DNA of 64,000 nt, from positions 46,749 through 110,748 of the forward strand of contig JBFFQB010000002.1 in the NCBI GenBank assembly GCA_041573795.1, in the 5' to 3' direction. Source of the stretch: Anaerolineales bacterium (GTDB lineage: Bacteria > Chloroflexota > Anaerolineae > Anaerolineales > E44-bin32). The notes below the pieces were generated by a model that was not told the DNA's origin, did not search any database, and worked only from the letters and a program-made list of their open reading frames with translations. Shown one piece after another: positions 19,307 to 28,800 of this stretch (the stretch's first letter is position 1; each line of letters opens with the position of its first letter). Made by a program: the position numbers and the translations under genes.

Positions 19307-20676
19307 ATCTTATTGTGGCTATGCGCAACAAGGTCATTCTCTAAATACTGATTAAGATCTTCAAGTGCGCGTTTGGCATGAGCCGCAGCACGCTGCCGGC
19401 GATTTCGTCGAACCCCATCGTCCAACACAGGCAATAAACCCAGGTTTGCTTTCATCGGCTGGAAGGTCTCGGGCTCTGCATGGGAGACATAGTGACAGAG
19501 CGCTCCAAGCATCGTCGTTAAAGGCAACACCATTAAGGGCTCGTTATTAAGCATGCGCACAAGATTTTTCCCGGCGAGCAGCCCAGTGGCAATATTGCCG
19601 AGGTAGCCCTCCACCCCGGTTATTTGACCCGCGAAGTAAAGATCACTGCGATTTCGAAATTGCATTGTGGGATGGAGTAGATCGGGTGCCTTAAGGAAAG
19701 TATTACGATGCATTTGACCATAGCGGAAAAACCGGGCATCTTCTAAACCTGGGATCATCCGCAGTACGCGACGCTGTTCCGCATAGGTCAGATTGGTCTG
19801 GAAACCAACCAGGTTGTAAAGCGAGCCGGCAAGATCATCTTGCCGCAGTTGGACAACTGCGTAGGGGCGCTTCCCGGTCCGGGGATCCTTCAATCCTACA
19901 GGCCTCATCGGTCCATAGGCAAGCGAATCTTCACCGCGCTCTGCAATGATTTCTATCGGAAGACATCCTTCGAAGAACGTGTGGGAACCGGCTTTAACAC
20001 CTGCGTGTATAGCCGCTTCAAACTCGCGCAACGGGATTCTCTCTGCCGACTGAACCTCTCTTACAAAGCGGTAATATTCTTCTTTATTCAGCGGGCAATT
20101 GATGTAATCTCCCTTTTCCATTTCACCGCGGCCATAACGCGAGCTTCGAAACGCTATCGTCATATTGATCGTCTCATACTCAACAATTGGAGCAAGCGCA
20201 TCGAAGAAGAAAAGTTGATCTTCACCGCTCATGAGCTTAAGTGCTTCCGCAAGTGCAGGCGAGGTGAGCGGGCCTGAGGCGACGATACAAGGTCCTTCAG
20301 GTACTTCCAGGACCTCTCCGCGCACAATATTAATGCCTGGGTGGGCATCAAGAAAGCTGGTTACCCTTTGTCCGAATTGCTCCCGATCTACTGCCAGTGC
20401 GCCACCAGCCGGTACTGCAGTCTCTTCAGCGATGCGCAGCAACAATGACCCCATCACCCGAAGCTCGCTCATCAAAATACCCGATGCACGATCGGGTAAT
20501 TTTGACCCAAGAGAGTTAGAACAGACCAATTCAGCGAGTTTATCAGTTTGATGCGCGCCAGTGGCTACGGCTGGTCGCATTTCATAAAGGACGACCTCGT
20601 GCCCAGCTTCAGCCACTTGCCATGCCGCTTCGCTCCCGGCCAACCCGCCCCCGATAATTTTGACCTTGCTGCTCAT
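19303..20676 (-). CDS. trmFO: methylenetetrahydrofolate--tRNA-(uracil-5-)-methyltransferase TrmFO
   Basis: The ORF extends to 20733, but ATG 20676 gives the canonical MSSKVKIIGGGLAGSEAAWQ dinucleotide-binding start. The longer start would run over an intergenic promoter motif. Confidence 0.95.
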   Translation of the reverse strand: MSSKVKIIGGGLAGSEAAWQVAEAGHEVVLYEMRPAVATGAHQTDKLAELVCSNSLGSKLPDRASGILMSELRVMGSLLLRIAEETAVPAGGALAVDREQFGQRVTSFLDAHPGINIVRGEVLEVPEGPCIVASGPLTSPALAEALKLMSGEDQLFFFDALAPIVEYETINMTIAFRSSRYGRGEMEKGDYINCPLNKEEYYRFVREVQSAERIPLREFEAAIHAGVKAGSHTFFEGCLPIEIIAERGEDSLAYGPMRPVGLKDPRTGKRPYAVVQLRQDDLAGSLYNLVGFQTNLTYAEQRRVLRMIPGLEDARFFRYGQMHRNTFLKAPDLLHPTMQFRNRSDLYFAGQITGVEGYLGNIATGLLAGKNLVRMLNNEPLMVLPLTTMLGALCHYVSHAEPETFQPMKANLGLLPVLDDGVRRNRRQRAAAHAKRALEDLNQYLENDLVAHSHNKI

Positions 20677-20701
20677 GTGCGAGATTTTATCATGCTGAAT
20701 T

Positions 20702-20717
20702 TGGCACACATCTTGCA
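20702..20717 (+). promoter_or_regulatory. sigma-54 (-24/-12) promoter P0 upstream of rpoN
   Basis: TGGCACacatcTTGCA, exact match to TGGCAC-N5-TTGCW with GG-N10-GC spacing. It lies in the trmFO/rpoN divergent gap, 52 nt before the rpoN ATG. Confidence 0.7.
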
Positions 20718-20769
20718 ACACCTTTGCTTGCATTTTCGGATCATTGTATACTCACCTGCGAGGCGGAAC

Positions 20770-22182
20770 ATGTATCAATATCAAGATCAATCACTCAGAC
20801 CCCTGACAACGGCACACTTAGCCCAGACCATGAGTCTGCTTGTTCTCTCGAATATTGAGCTTCGAGACCGGGTCATCTCGGAATTATCCTCCAATCCTGC
20901 CTTAGAGCTGCTCGATGAACGAGTTTGCCCAAGCTGCCACAAACCCTTGGGAACAGGCGCGATTTGTCCTGCCTGCAGCCGTCACCAAGATGCTGAAGGC
21001 GATCCAATCGTCTTCCTATCCCCGCGCGATTCAATTCGCCCCTCGCGCAAGCGCCAGTTAGACGATCAGCCGCTTGATCGCGAACCAGCAGCTCCAGAAG
21101 ACCTTACCACCTATGTCATACGCCAATTGGCCGCAGAACTCCTTCCAGAAGATCGGCGCCTGGCACTCTATATCTTGGCGAGCCTTGATGATGACGGTTT
21201 TCTCAATGATCCGCCTGCGCTGATTGCTCAGGCAACTCGCTCGAGCCTAACGCAGGTACAACGCGTGATTGCACTCATCAATTCCGCTGACCCAATCGGG
21301 CTGGCTACCTCTGGACCAAAACAAGCCTTGCTGATTCAGCTCGAACAGCTTGCCGCAGATCACCCGATTGCCGAGTTGGCACGCGACATGCTGACGGAGA
21401 CTTTCGCGGCATTAGGTCGTAGAGAGTATGACAAAATCGGCCATGAGCTTGAGGTCAAACCCGCCAAGGTGCGCCAAGCGGCAGAATTCATCCACGACAA
21501 TCTAAACCCCTACCCTGCGCGTGCCAACTGGGGATCAGGCCACCACCCCATGTCAGGCGATTCGAACGTTTACCATACACCCGATATCATGGTTACTCAC
21601 AATCCCAATACCGAGCAGGGTCCCTTGGTGGTCGAAATCTTTTCCCCGCTTTCGGGTTGGCTACGAGTAAACCCGCTATTCAAACAAGCCATGGACAGCG
21701 CTTCAGCTGACCAAGCTGAGGATTGGTCCGAGCAGCTCGAAAAGGCTAACCTCTTTGTGAAATGCATCCAGCAGCGCAACAATACGATGCGCCGACTCAT
21801 GCAGCTGCTTGTGTCTCAGCAGGAAACGTTCATCCTAGAAGGTGCCCGCCACTTGAAACCCATGACCAGGGCACAGATTGCTGATCAGGTCGGTGTGCAC
21901 GAATCGACGATTTCACGCGCGGTTGCGAATAAATCCGTTGCGCTTCCAGATGGGCGCATCATCCCATTGGCCAAGTTCTTCGACCGAAGCTTGTCTGTCC
22001 GTGACCGGATAAAGGAAATTGTTCGTAACGAAACTAACCCTCTTACCGACGATCAAATCGTTGCGCTCCTGAAAAAGGATGGGGTTAAAATTGCTCGCAG
22101 AACCGTGGCGAAATATCGGTCGATTGAGGGAATCTTACCGGCGCGGTTGCGGGGTGAGCATAAGCTATCCCAAGCAGCATAA
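20770..22182 (+). CDS. rpoN: RNA polymerase sigma-54 factor RpoN
   Basis: Region I LTTAHLAQTMSLLVLSNIELRDRV, C-terminal HTH and RpoN box ARRTVAKYR. The ORF-track start 20548 overlaps trmFO on the other strand; ATG 20770 is preferred. Confidence 0.9.
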   Translation: MYQYQDQSLRPLTTAHLAQTMSLLVLSNIELRDRVISELSSNPALELLDERVCPSCHKPLGTGAICPACSRHQDAEGDPIVFLSPRDSIRPSRKRQLDDQPLDREPAAPEDLTTYVIRQLAAELLPEDRRLALYILASLDDDGFLNDPPALIAQATRSSLTQVQRVIALINSADPIGLATSGPKQALLIQLEQLAADHPIAELARDMLTETFAALGRREYDKIGHELEVKPAKVRQAAEFIHDNLNPYPARANWGSGHHPMSGDSNVYHTPDIMVTHNPNTEQGPLVVEIFSPLSGWLRVNPLFKQAMDSASADQAEDWSEQLEKANLFVKCIQQRNNTMRRLMQLLVSQQETFILEGARHLKPMTRAQIADQVGVHESTISRAVANKSVALPDGRIIPLAKFFDRSLSVRDRIKEIVRNETNPLTDDQIVALLKKDGVKIARRTVAKYRSIEGILPARLRGEHKLSQAA

Positions 22183-22196
22183 GTAAAGGTAGATCA

Positions 22197-24158
22197 TTGG
22201 CGAGAGATACAACACCCACAAATCCGATCGCACGCTTTTTTAAATCAGAGCCGCATCGTGAACTGTTCGACACACTTGCGGATACGCTCGACAGCGCCGT
22301 CCTGGTTCTCTCCGGGACGGAGCCGCGTTTAATAACCTGCAATCACCAGTTTCTGCTGATGACTGGTTTCGCCCGCAAGGACGTTGAATCACTCTCTCCT
22401 TCTGATCTCTTTACAGAAGTTGAAGGACAGGCTGCCCTCGATAAAATCCTGCAACCCTGGGATACGCCCGATTGTCAGCTGAATGAAGTTCCCATCCGAA
22501 CCCAATCAGGCGAGTTGCTTTGGATCGACCTTCAGGCTTTCTCGGTCACGCCCTCTCATGAGGTTGTCCTCGTACTTTCAAGACCATCGCAAGAACGGGT
22601 GAGTAGTGAAGCACATCAACGCGCAGAAGCTGAGCGCATGTCTTTACTTATGGAAATATCGGATCTTGCCATCGAGAGCGGCGCCGCCACGTTAACTCTG
22701 CTCCTTGAGCAAATCAAGAAACTCCTTTCAGCAAGCTTTGCAGGCATGTATCAGGTTGATCCGAGTTCGCCAGCCTATACATTGGTCGGTACTCTACCCC
22801 CCGCTTTCCCGGAGCAAGTCGACGACAGCGTAATCGGAACCTTACCCAGGCATTCGCGCTGGTCGATTGGACATCGCCCGGAGCATGAGCTCGCCCGTGC
22901 CGCACGCGCAGCTGAGGTCCGTCATCTTCGCACAACCCGAATTGGTGACGAAAGCTCGTGGGTAGGCCTTCTGGTCGTCTGTTGGGATGAGGAGCTCACC
23001 GAAGGGGAAGATATCGAAACCATCATGCAAGTCGCAACAAATTTATGCCACGCCGCGCTGCATGTCGGCCTTCTGCGTTCCAGCACAACTGAGAGCGAAC
23101 TTGTGCTCAATCAGCTTGAGGATCAGATTGAGCATCTTTACGAAGGAATTTCAGACACACTGCTAATCGTAGATTCAGAATTATCCATCATGCGAGCGAA
23201 CGCAGCTCTCGAACGCCTGCTCGGTTTCTCTGCTGAAGAAGTCATCAATCGTCCAGTCCAGGATATCTTGGTAGGACCTGAAGATGTTACGGTGACACTT
23301 TTAGATGCGCTCGGCCATCAACGCGAATCGGAACGATCGAAGCTTGTGCTGCACCATCGCGAGGGAAATCCTTTGCCAATACACCTGCGCGCAGTGCCCT
23401 TAGAGATGGCAGGTGAGACCCAACTGCTCCTCGTCCTCAAGGATCAATCGGAGCAACAAGCGATCGAAGATCAGACAGAAAGTCTGGCGCAGCGGGCCCT
23501 CCTGGGTGAGGTCACTGCTATATTCGCGCATGAAGTTCGCAATCCTATCAATAATATCTCGACTGGCGTTCAACTCATCGCTTCCCGCCTGGGACAGGAT
23601 CATCCGCAATATGAAGCCCTCGATCGCATTCGTACGGAATGCACTCGCTTAGATCAGCTGATGAGCGATGTCCTCTTCTTCGCCCGTCCGTTAGAATTGA
23701 AAATGGAAGAGATCGACCTATCCGAGATGATGGATCGTATCCTGGCTCGTTGGACACCACGTTTTCAACAATCGAAAGTTCGCTGCCAAACCATCTTCCA
23801 AAAGGAGCTTCCGCCTGCATCTGTTGATCCCCGAACGTTCGAGCGCGTACTCGTCAACTTGATCAGTAATGCCCTTGAAGCTATGGCTGATGGGGGTACA
23901 ATCTCCATTTCAATTGGGTTTGCTGAAGAGGGTCCTAAAGATCAGCTGGAGTTAAAGGTCGCCGATACGGGTCCGGGGATCCCGGCAGATAAGATTCAAC
24001 GGATCTTCGACCCCTTCTTCACAACCAAGAAGGATGGCACAGGACTTGGTCTTGCTATTAGCCGTCGGATCATGACTGCTCATCGTGGCACCATTCAGGT
24101 CGAATCATTTCCTGATGCCGGCACGGTTTTCACGATCCATATTCCTGTAGCAGCGTAA
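22197..24158 (+). CDS. soluble multi-PAS sensor histidine kinase (NtrB-like)
   Basis: No TM segments; PAS-like blocks; H-box FAHEVRNPINNI; N/G boxes NLISNALEAM, DTGPGIP, GTGLGLAISR; 14 nt after rpoN. Confidence 0.85.
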   Translation: MARDTTPTNPIARFFKSEPHRELFDTLADTLDSAVLVLSGTEPRLITCNHQFLLMTGFARKDVESLSPSDLFTEVEGQAALDKILQPWDTPDCQLNEVPIRTQSGELLWIDLQAFSVTPSHEVVLVLSRPSQERVSSEAHQRAEAERMSLLMEISDLAIESGAATLTLLLEQIKKLLSASFAGMYQVDPSSPAYTLVGTLPPAFPEQVDDSVIGTLPRHSRWSIGHRPEHELARAARAAEVRHLRTTRIGDESSWVGLLVVCWDEELTEGEDIETIMQVATNLCHAALHVGLLRSSTTESELVLNQLEDQIEHLYEGISDTLLIVDSELSIMRANAALERLLGFSAEEVINRPVQDILVGPEDVTVTLLDALGHQRESERSKLVLHHREGNPLPIHLRAVPLEMAGETQLLLVLKDQSEQQAIEDQTESLAQRALLGEVTAIFAHEVRNPINNISTGVQLIASRLGQDHPQYEALDRIRTECTRLDQLMSDVLFFARPLELKMEEIDLSEMMDRILARWTPRFQQSKVRCQTIFQKELPPASVDPRTFERVLVNLISNALEAMADGGTISISIGFAEEGPKDQLELKVADTGPGIPADKIQRIFDPFFTTKKDGTGLGLAISRRIMTAHRGTIQVESFPDAGTVFTIHIPVAA

Positions 24159-24172
24159 TTCAGGAGAATTTA

Positions 24173-25441
24173 ATGAGTGCGACAGTATTAATCGTCGATG
24201 ACGAAGCACCGGCCAGAAATTTTATTAGCGAGGCTTTAAGTGACGCTGGCTATGAAGCCATTGAGGCGGGGTCCTTAAAAGAGGCCAATAAAGTTATTGA
24301 CACCGGAGCAGCCGATATCATCCTGCTGGATGTCATGTTACCGGATGGCTCTGGGTTGACCCTGCTTGACCGCATATCCATGGAATCCCCTCGCCCGCCA
24401 GTGATCCTGATCACCGCATTCGGTGAGGTTGATACAGCAGTAGAGGCGATGAAGAAGGGTGCTCAGGATTTTCTCCAGAAGCCACTCGATCTCGAGCGAC
24501 TGCAACAAGCAGTCGAGCGATCGTCAGAGGTCGTCTCCCTGCGAAGGGAACTTGATTTACTGCGCCGCTCTTCCACCGGTGATATCGAAATGGTTGTAGG
24601 CGAAACTTCGACGATGAAACAAATTATGCTTGAGGCAGAGAGAGCCGCCTCGGCTGCTGTCTCCGTTCTCATCACCGGTGAAACAGGGACAGGAAAAGAG
24701 GTATTAGCTCGTACGATCCACAGTATAAGCCCGCGCGCCGATAAACCCTTTATCCCCATTAACTGCGCCGCCCTACCGGACACGATGATTGAATCTGAGC
24801 TCTTTGGTCATGAGGCCGGAGCGTTTACAGGAGCACAAAAGCGCAAGCCGGGATTAATCGAAATCGCCGACGGCGGCATTCTTTTCCTGGACGAGATCTC
24901 TTCTACGAGACCTGAAATGCAAGCAAAGCTCCTGCGTGTTCTCGATGAACATAAGTTCCGTCGGGTGGGTGGTGTCAATGAAATTGATGTCGATGTCCAG
25001 ATCCTGGCGGCCTCCAACCGCGATCTTCCCGCCATGATCGGGGAGGGTACTTTCAGGGAGGATCTCTACTACCGCCTTAAGGTCGTTGACCTGCATCTTG
25101 TACCTTTACGCCAGCGCATTAATGACATACCCGCGCTGGTGGGTAACTTTATCCGTCAAATCAACCTCCGTATAGGCGGGATGGTAGAAGGGATCACACC
25201 CCGGGCGATCGATGCACTTAAAGCCCATTCTTGGCCTGGAAACATCCGCGAACTCCGGCATGTCATTGAACGGGCTATATTATTCTGTGATGAGGATATG
25301 ATTGACTTGCCTCATCTACCCCCAGATATCCAGGCGCTTGGAGAGAAACTTTCTTCGCCCACGCAAACCTCCAAGAAGCAAAGCACCGTAAAAAAGACCA
25401 GTGCAACAAAGAAGAAGACAAAGTCCAAGAAGAAATCCTAA
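24173..25441 (+). CDS. sigma-54-dependent response regulator (REC + AAA+ sigma-54 interaction domain) without recognisable C-terminal HTH
   Basis: REC (VLIVDDE...IILLDVMLPDGSG); Walker A GETGTGKE; GAFTGA loop; Walker B ILFLDEI; ESELFGHE. The C-terminus is a Lys/Ser/Thr-rich tail (KKQSTVKKTSATKKKTKSKKKS) instead of a Fis-type HTH. Confidence 0.9.
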   Translation: MSATVLIVDDEAPARNFISEALSDAGYEAIEAGSLKEANKVIDTGAADIILLDVMLPDGSGLTLLDRISMESPRPPVILITAFGEVDTAVEAMKKGAQDFLQKPLDLERLQQAVERSSEVVSLRRELDLLRRSSTGDIEMVVGETSTMKQIMLEAERAASAAVSVLITGETGTGKEVLARTIHSISPRADKPFIPINCAALPDTMIESELFGHEAGAFTGAQKRKPGLIEIADGGILFLDEISSTRPEMQAKLLRVLDEHKFRRVGGVNEIDVDVQILAASNRDLPAMIGEGTFREDLYYRLKVVDLHLVPLRQRINDIPALVGNFIRQINLRIGGMVEGITPRAIDALKAHSWPGNIRELRHVIERAILFCDEDMIDLPHLPPDIQALGEKLSSPTQTSKKQSTVKKTSATKKKTKSKKKS

Positions 25442-25449
25442 GCGCATAA

Positions 25450-25465
25450 TGGCATAGTCCTTGCA
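25450..25465 (+). promoter_or_regulatory. sigma-54 (-24/-12) promoter P1
   Basis: TGGCATagtccTTGCA with GG-N10-GC spacing; 9 nt after the EBP stop and 38 nt before ATG 25504 (GGAGG RBS in between). Confidence 0.65.
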
Positions 25466-25503
25466 ACATTCGCCTTCAGAAGTAATTCACTCTGGAGGCG
25501 AAC

Positions 25504-25836
25504 ATGATTCCCCTATCCTTTAACGATATTCAACTCATAATTGCGGCCTCAATATTCGTGCTGGGTTTCCTGCTGATCTTGATTGGCGCCCTCGTGATGG
25601 TCAGCAGAAGTTACTCTCGCGAAGTTCGGACATTGGCCGCACATACTGCCCGTCTTGGCCAGAAAGGCATTGCACAAGATATCACCGGCCTGGTAAATAG
25701 TGCGACGGAACTGGTTGCCTCCATCAATGCCTTGGTACGGACTGCCAGTGGGATCGGGCTGTTTTTGATCCTGCTGGGCATCACCATGCTTGCAGCCGCT
25801 TATTGGATCATTCAACAAATTCCTTGGACCATCTAA
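25504..25836 (+). CDS. small membrane protein (110 aa, two TM helices flanking a ~50-aa loop)
   Basis: GGAGG RBS; hydrophobic segments IIAASIFVLGFLLILIGALVMV and GIGLFLILLGITMLAAAYWII; first gene after P1. Confidence 0.6.
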   Translation: MIPLSFNDIQLIIAASIFVLGFLLILIGALVMVSRSYSREVRTLAAHTARLGQKGIAQDITGLVNSATELVASINALVRTASGIGLFLILLGITMLAAAYWIIQQIPWTI

Positions 25837-25855
25837 ACCCAGTAAGGGGTAAGTT

Positions 25856-28800
25856 ATGCTCAATGACGCCGCCATCCTCGCACAATTGAAAGAAGCATTC
25901 CAGCCTTCGGAGCTAAGCGCTACTATCACCCGCCTTCAGCGTGTTCCGGAAGTTTGGCAAGCGCTACATGACGGGGATTTTCTCCGCTTCGTGCTCGAAC
26001 ATCCAGAAGAGATCGAATGGACACCCAGCGCAATCGCCGATAGCTGTCTTCTCTATAAACGAGCCAATCAATCTGGAAGCGAGGATTCTTCGTCAAGCCA
26101 TTCGACACAGGCTGTATCAAATCTATTTGATCTGGCGACCGAGGCTCACAGCTTAGCGAAACAACTTAATCATTCGATCGCAGATACGCTGGAGACTCTA
26201 CAACCATCTAGATCGTGTTTCAGCCAGCTTTGCTGTGCCTGGGCGCATATTGATGAAACCTCCAAGGTGATAGAGCAGATCTTAGCCGCACAAGATCGTC
26301 AGATGACCGCCTTTTTGCTGGAAGTCCTTCGCGCCCAGTATGCAGATGCGCAGATACTTGAGATCGTCGAAACCCATGGCCCTGCGTTTGCTCACTATAT
26401 CCCTGAACTGCTGAAAGATGGAGAGAAGGAGATTGCACTCCTGTTGGCTGATCAAGTAAAGGATGATTTATCCGGGTCCTCAACCGGAGATGAGGCATTG
26501 CTGTATGCCTATGCGCAGGCAGTGGGCGGTGACTATGAGGGAGCTCATATCTCCCTTTCCTCTGCCTGGGATAACGCGACAGAAGCTACGGCATTGGTGG
26601 CCGATCAGTTAGCACAGGTCGCACGTCTTGAAGGCAATCCTTCTGTGGAGCTAGAAGCCCGGCGCCAGGCTGTCGAGAGAAGCTTTTCCCCGATCCGGCG
26701 AGCAGCGCTTGCTCGCTCGCTGGTTGAATCTGACCAGGCATATAACGCCTACCAACTGACTTCTCAGGCAGAGAGCATCGAAGAGCGGATAGCTTTCGGT
26801 ATGGCAGCCTTGAAGCAAGGCTTTCACAGCGAAGCATTGAGTGCCTTATCGCAGGTAAAGAATGAAGCGCTGCAGCTCGAGTACAAAGATACTTCCTGGC
26901 TACGTTGGATGGCTGAAGGCTTGAGCAGAAGCGGGGCGCTTGCAGATACGATAGAAACCACAACGTATATCGCCAGACTTTTGCCCCAGGATGAAAACAT
27001 CGCCCTGGAGCTAGCGGAGCTTCTCGAGCGAGCTGGAGATTTATCGGCGGCCGTAACTCAGGCTGAGTTCGCCCTTGCACTGAACCCACAATCAACAAAT
27101 GCTCGCAGAGTTTTAGCGCATACGCTGCGCCTCGATGGTCAAGCGGCAAAAGCTCTCGGATATTTCGAGCAAGTCGTGCAAGATGATCCATCCGTACACT
27201 TCGAGTACTGTGAATGTGCCCTAGAAGCGCAGGAGGATGATCTCGCCGTGGAAATCGCTACAACCCTGATGGGTGAGCATCCAGATTCTGCCATGGCGCA
27301 TTCCTTTTTCGCCCGAGCCAAACATCACCAAGGGGAACACGAAGTGGCGCGAGCCGCCATCGAGAAGGCCATCACCCTCGATAAGAGCAGTGTAGATCCC
27401 TGGCTGGTTCTCGCCGAAATCCTTGTAGCTACCGGCGAAAACGATGCTGCCGGTGAAACGCTGCTTCAGGCCATCCAGATTGCGCCAGAGAATGCCAAGG
27501 CACATCAAGCGCGCGCAGACTGGCTCGCTGCCCAAGATCGTTTCCATGAAGCGCGCGAGCATAGTGCCAGAGCGGTCGAGTTAGATCCAGGTTGCGCATC
27601 ATGGCTCGTCGCTGATGCCAGACTGCTGGCCAAGACCGGTGATCCTCAAGGTGCCCGTGCACGTTTGCAGCAAGCTTACGCGTTACAGCCAAAGAATTGG
27701 GACCTCATTCTTGAACTGGCCCGCAGTTATGAGTCATCTGGCGAGCTCGAGCAAGCTGTTCAGCTCATCGGAGACGCTCCTGGTGAGTTCGATGATGCCT
27801 TCCGCATTGATACTGGTCGCATTTTGATTAAGGCGGGGGTTGATGGAAACACCGAAGCTTTGCAAAAAGGCTTAGACCATTTCAAGCGGGCTCATCCCGA
27901 TGGGGAAACCCTACCGGATCATCTTTTCTGGTCAGCCCGCGCGAATGAGGTTCTGAAAGAATACAACAAATCACTTGGGCAGTACGAAGAATACCTGGCA
28001 CAGTTCGAAGGGCTTAAGCAGCACCGTACGCTCGAGGCGGTTCTGGGTTACTCCCGTGTTTCTTTAGCCCAGGGTAAGCCGGACCAGGTCATCGCTTTCC
28101 TCCAAGCCAATCGAGACAAGTTCCCGGCATCGATCGATGTGGTCAGCCTGCTCGCAGAAGCACAGCTCGCCAATGGCGAGGGGAAACAAGCCTATGAGAC
28201 TGCTAGAGAAGCGATCGCATTGAATCCTGTTTCAGTGGATGCCCATAGGCTCGTGAGCAAGACAGCTGAAGCGATAGGAGACATCCGTACTGCCATCGAT
28301 GCGGAGCAGGAGATTCTCTCTCAACAGCCGGAAACTGGCGCGAATTGGCGCCGCATGGCCCGATTGCACTTCAGCATTAGGGATACCGCCTCAGCCCGTG
28401 CGCACTTGGCTAAAGCAATCCATCTCGATCGCAGCGATGCGAAGTCTCTGGTCGAGCTTGCAGATTTAAGTGCCGAGTTTGATCTCAGCGGCACGGAGCT
28501 ACGCTTGATGAAACGTGCTGGAAAATTAGCACCCAGGGATCCAGGGCTACAGCTTCAGCTCGCTGAAGTGGCTGAGAGCTCGGGCGATTTTGATACTGCT
28601 TACGCAGCATTGATGTGCTGCCTTCAAGAGAAGAATGATGACGTGCAGTTGGTGAAACGAGCTGCAGAAGTGAGCTCTAAGGCCGGGCAGTCAGGACGAT
28701 CAATCGAGCTTTATGAACGCGTCCTGGAGAAAGATCCCGAAGATGCCGTAAGCCTTGTGGCACTAGCTGATACCTTCGAACAAATGGGAGATCCTCGGGC

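Noticed and set aside
20548-20769. ORF-track start of rpoN at 20548 (a 74-aa N-terminal extension)
   Set aside because: The extension lies antisense over the trmFO 5' end and across the intergenic promoter motifs. The canonical sigma-54 region I begins right after ATG 20770.
21377-21392. Sigma-54-like motif TGGCACgcgacATGCT inside the rpoN coding sequence (+ strand)
   Set aside because: It has one mismatch in the -12 element and is intragenic, with no start codon to serve. It is probably chance. It is noted only because of its location in the sigma-54 cluster.
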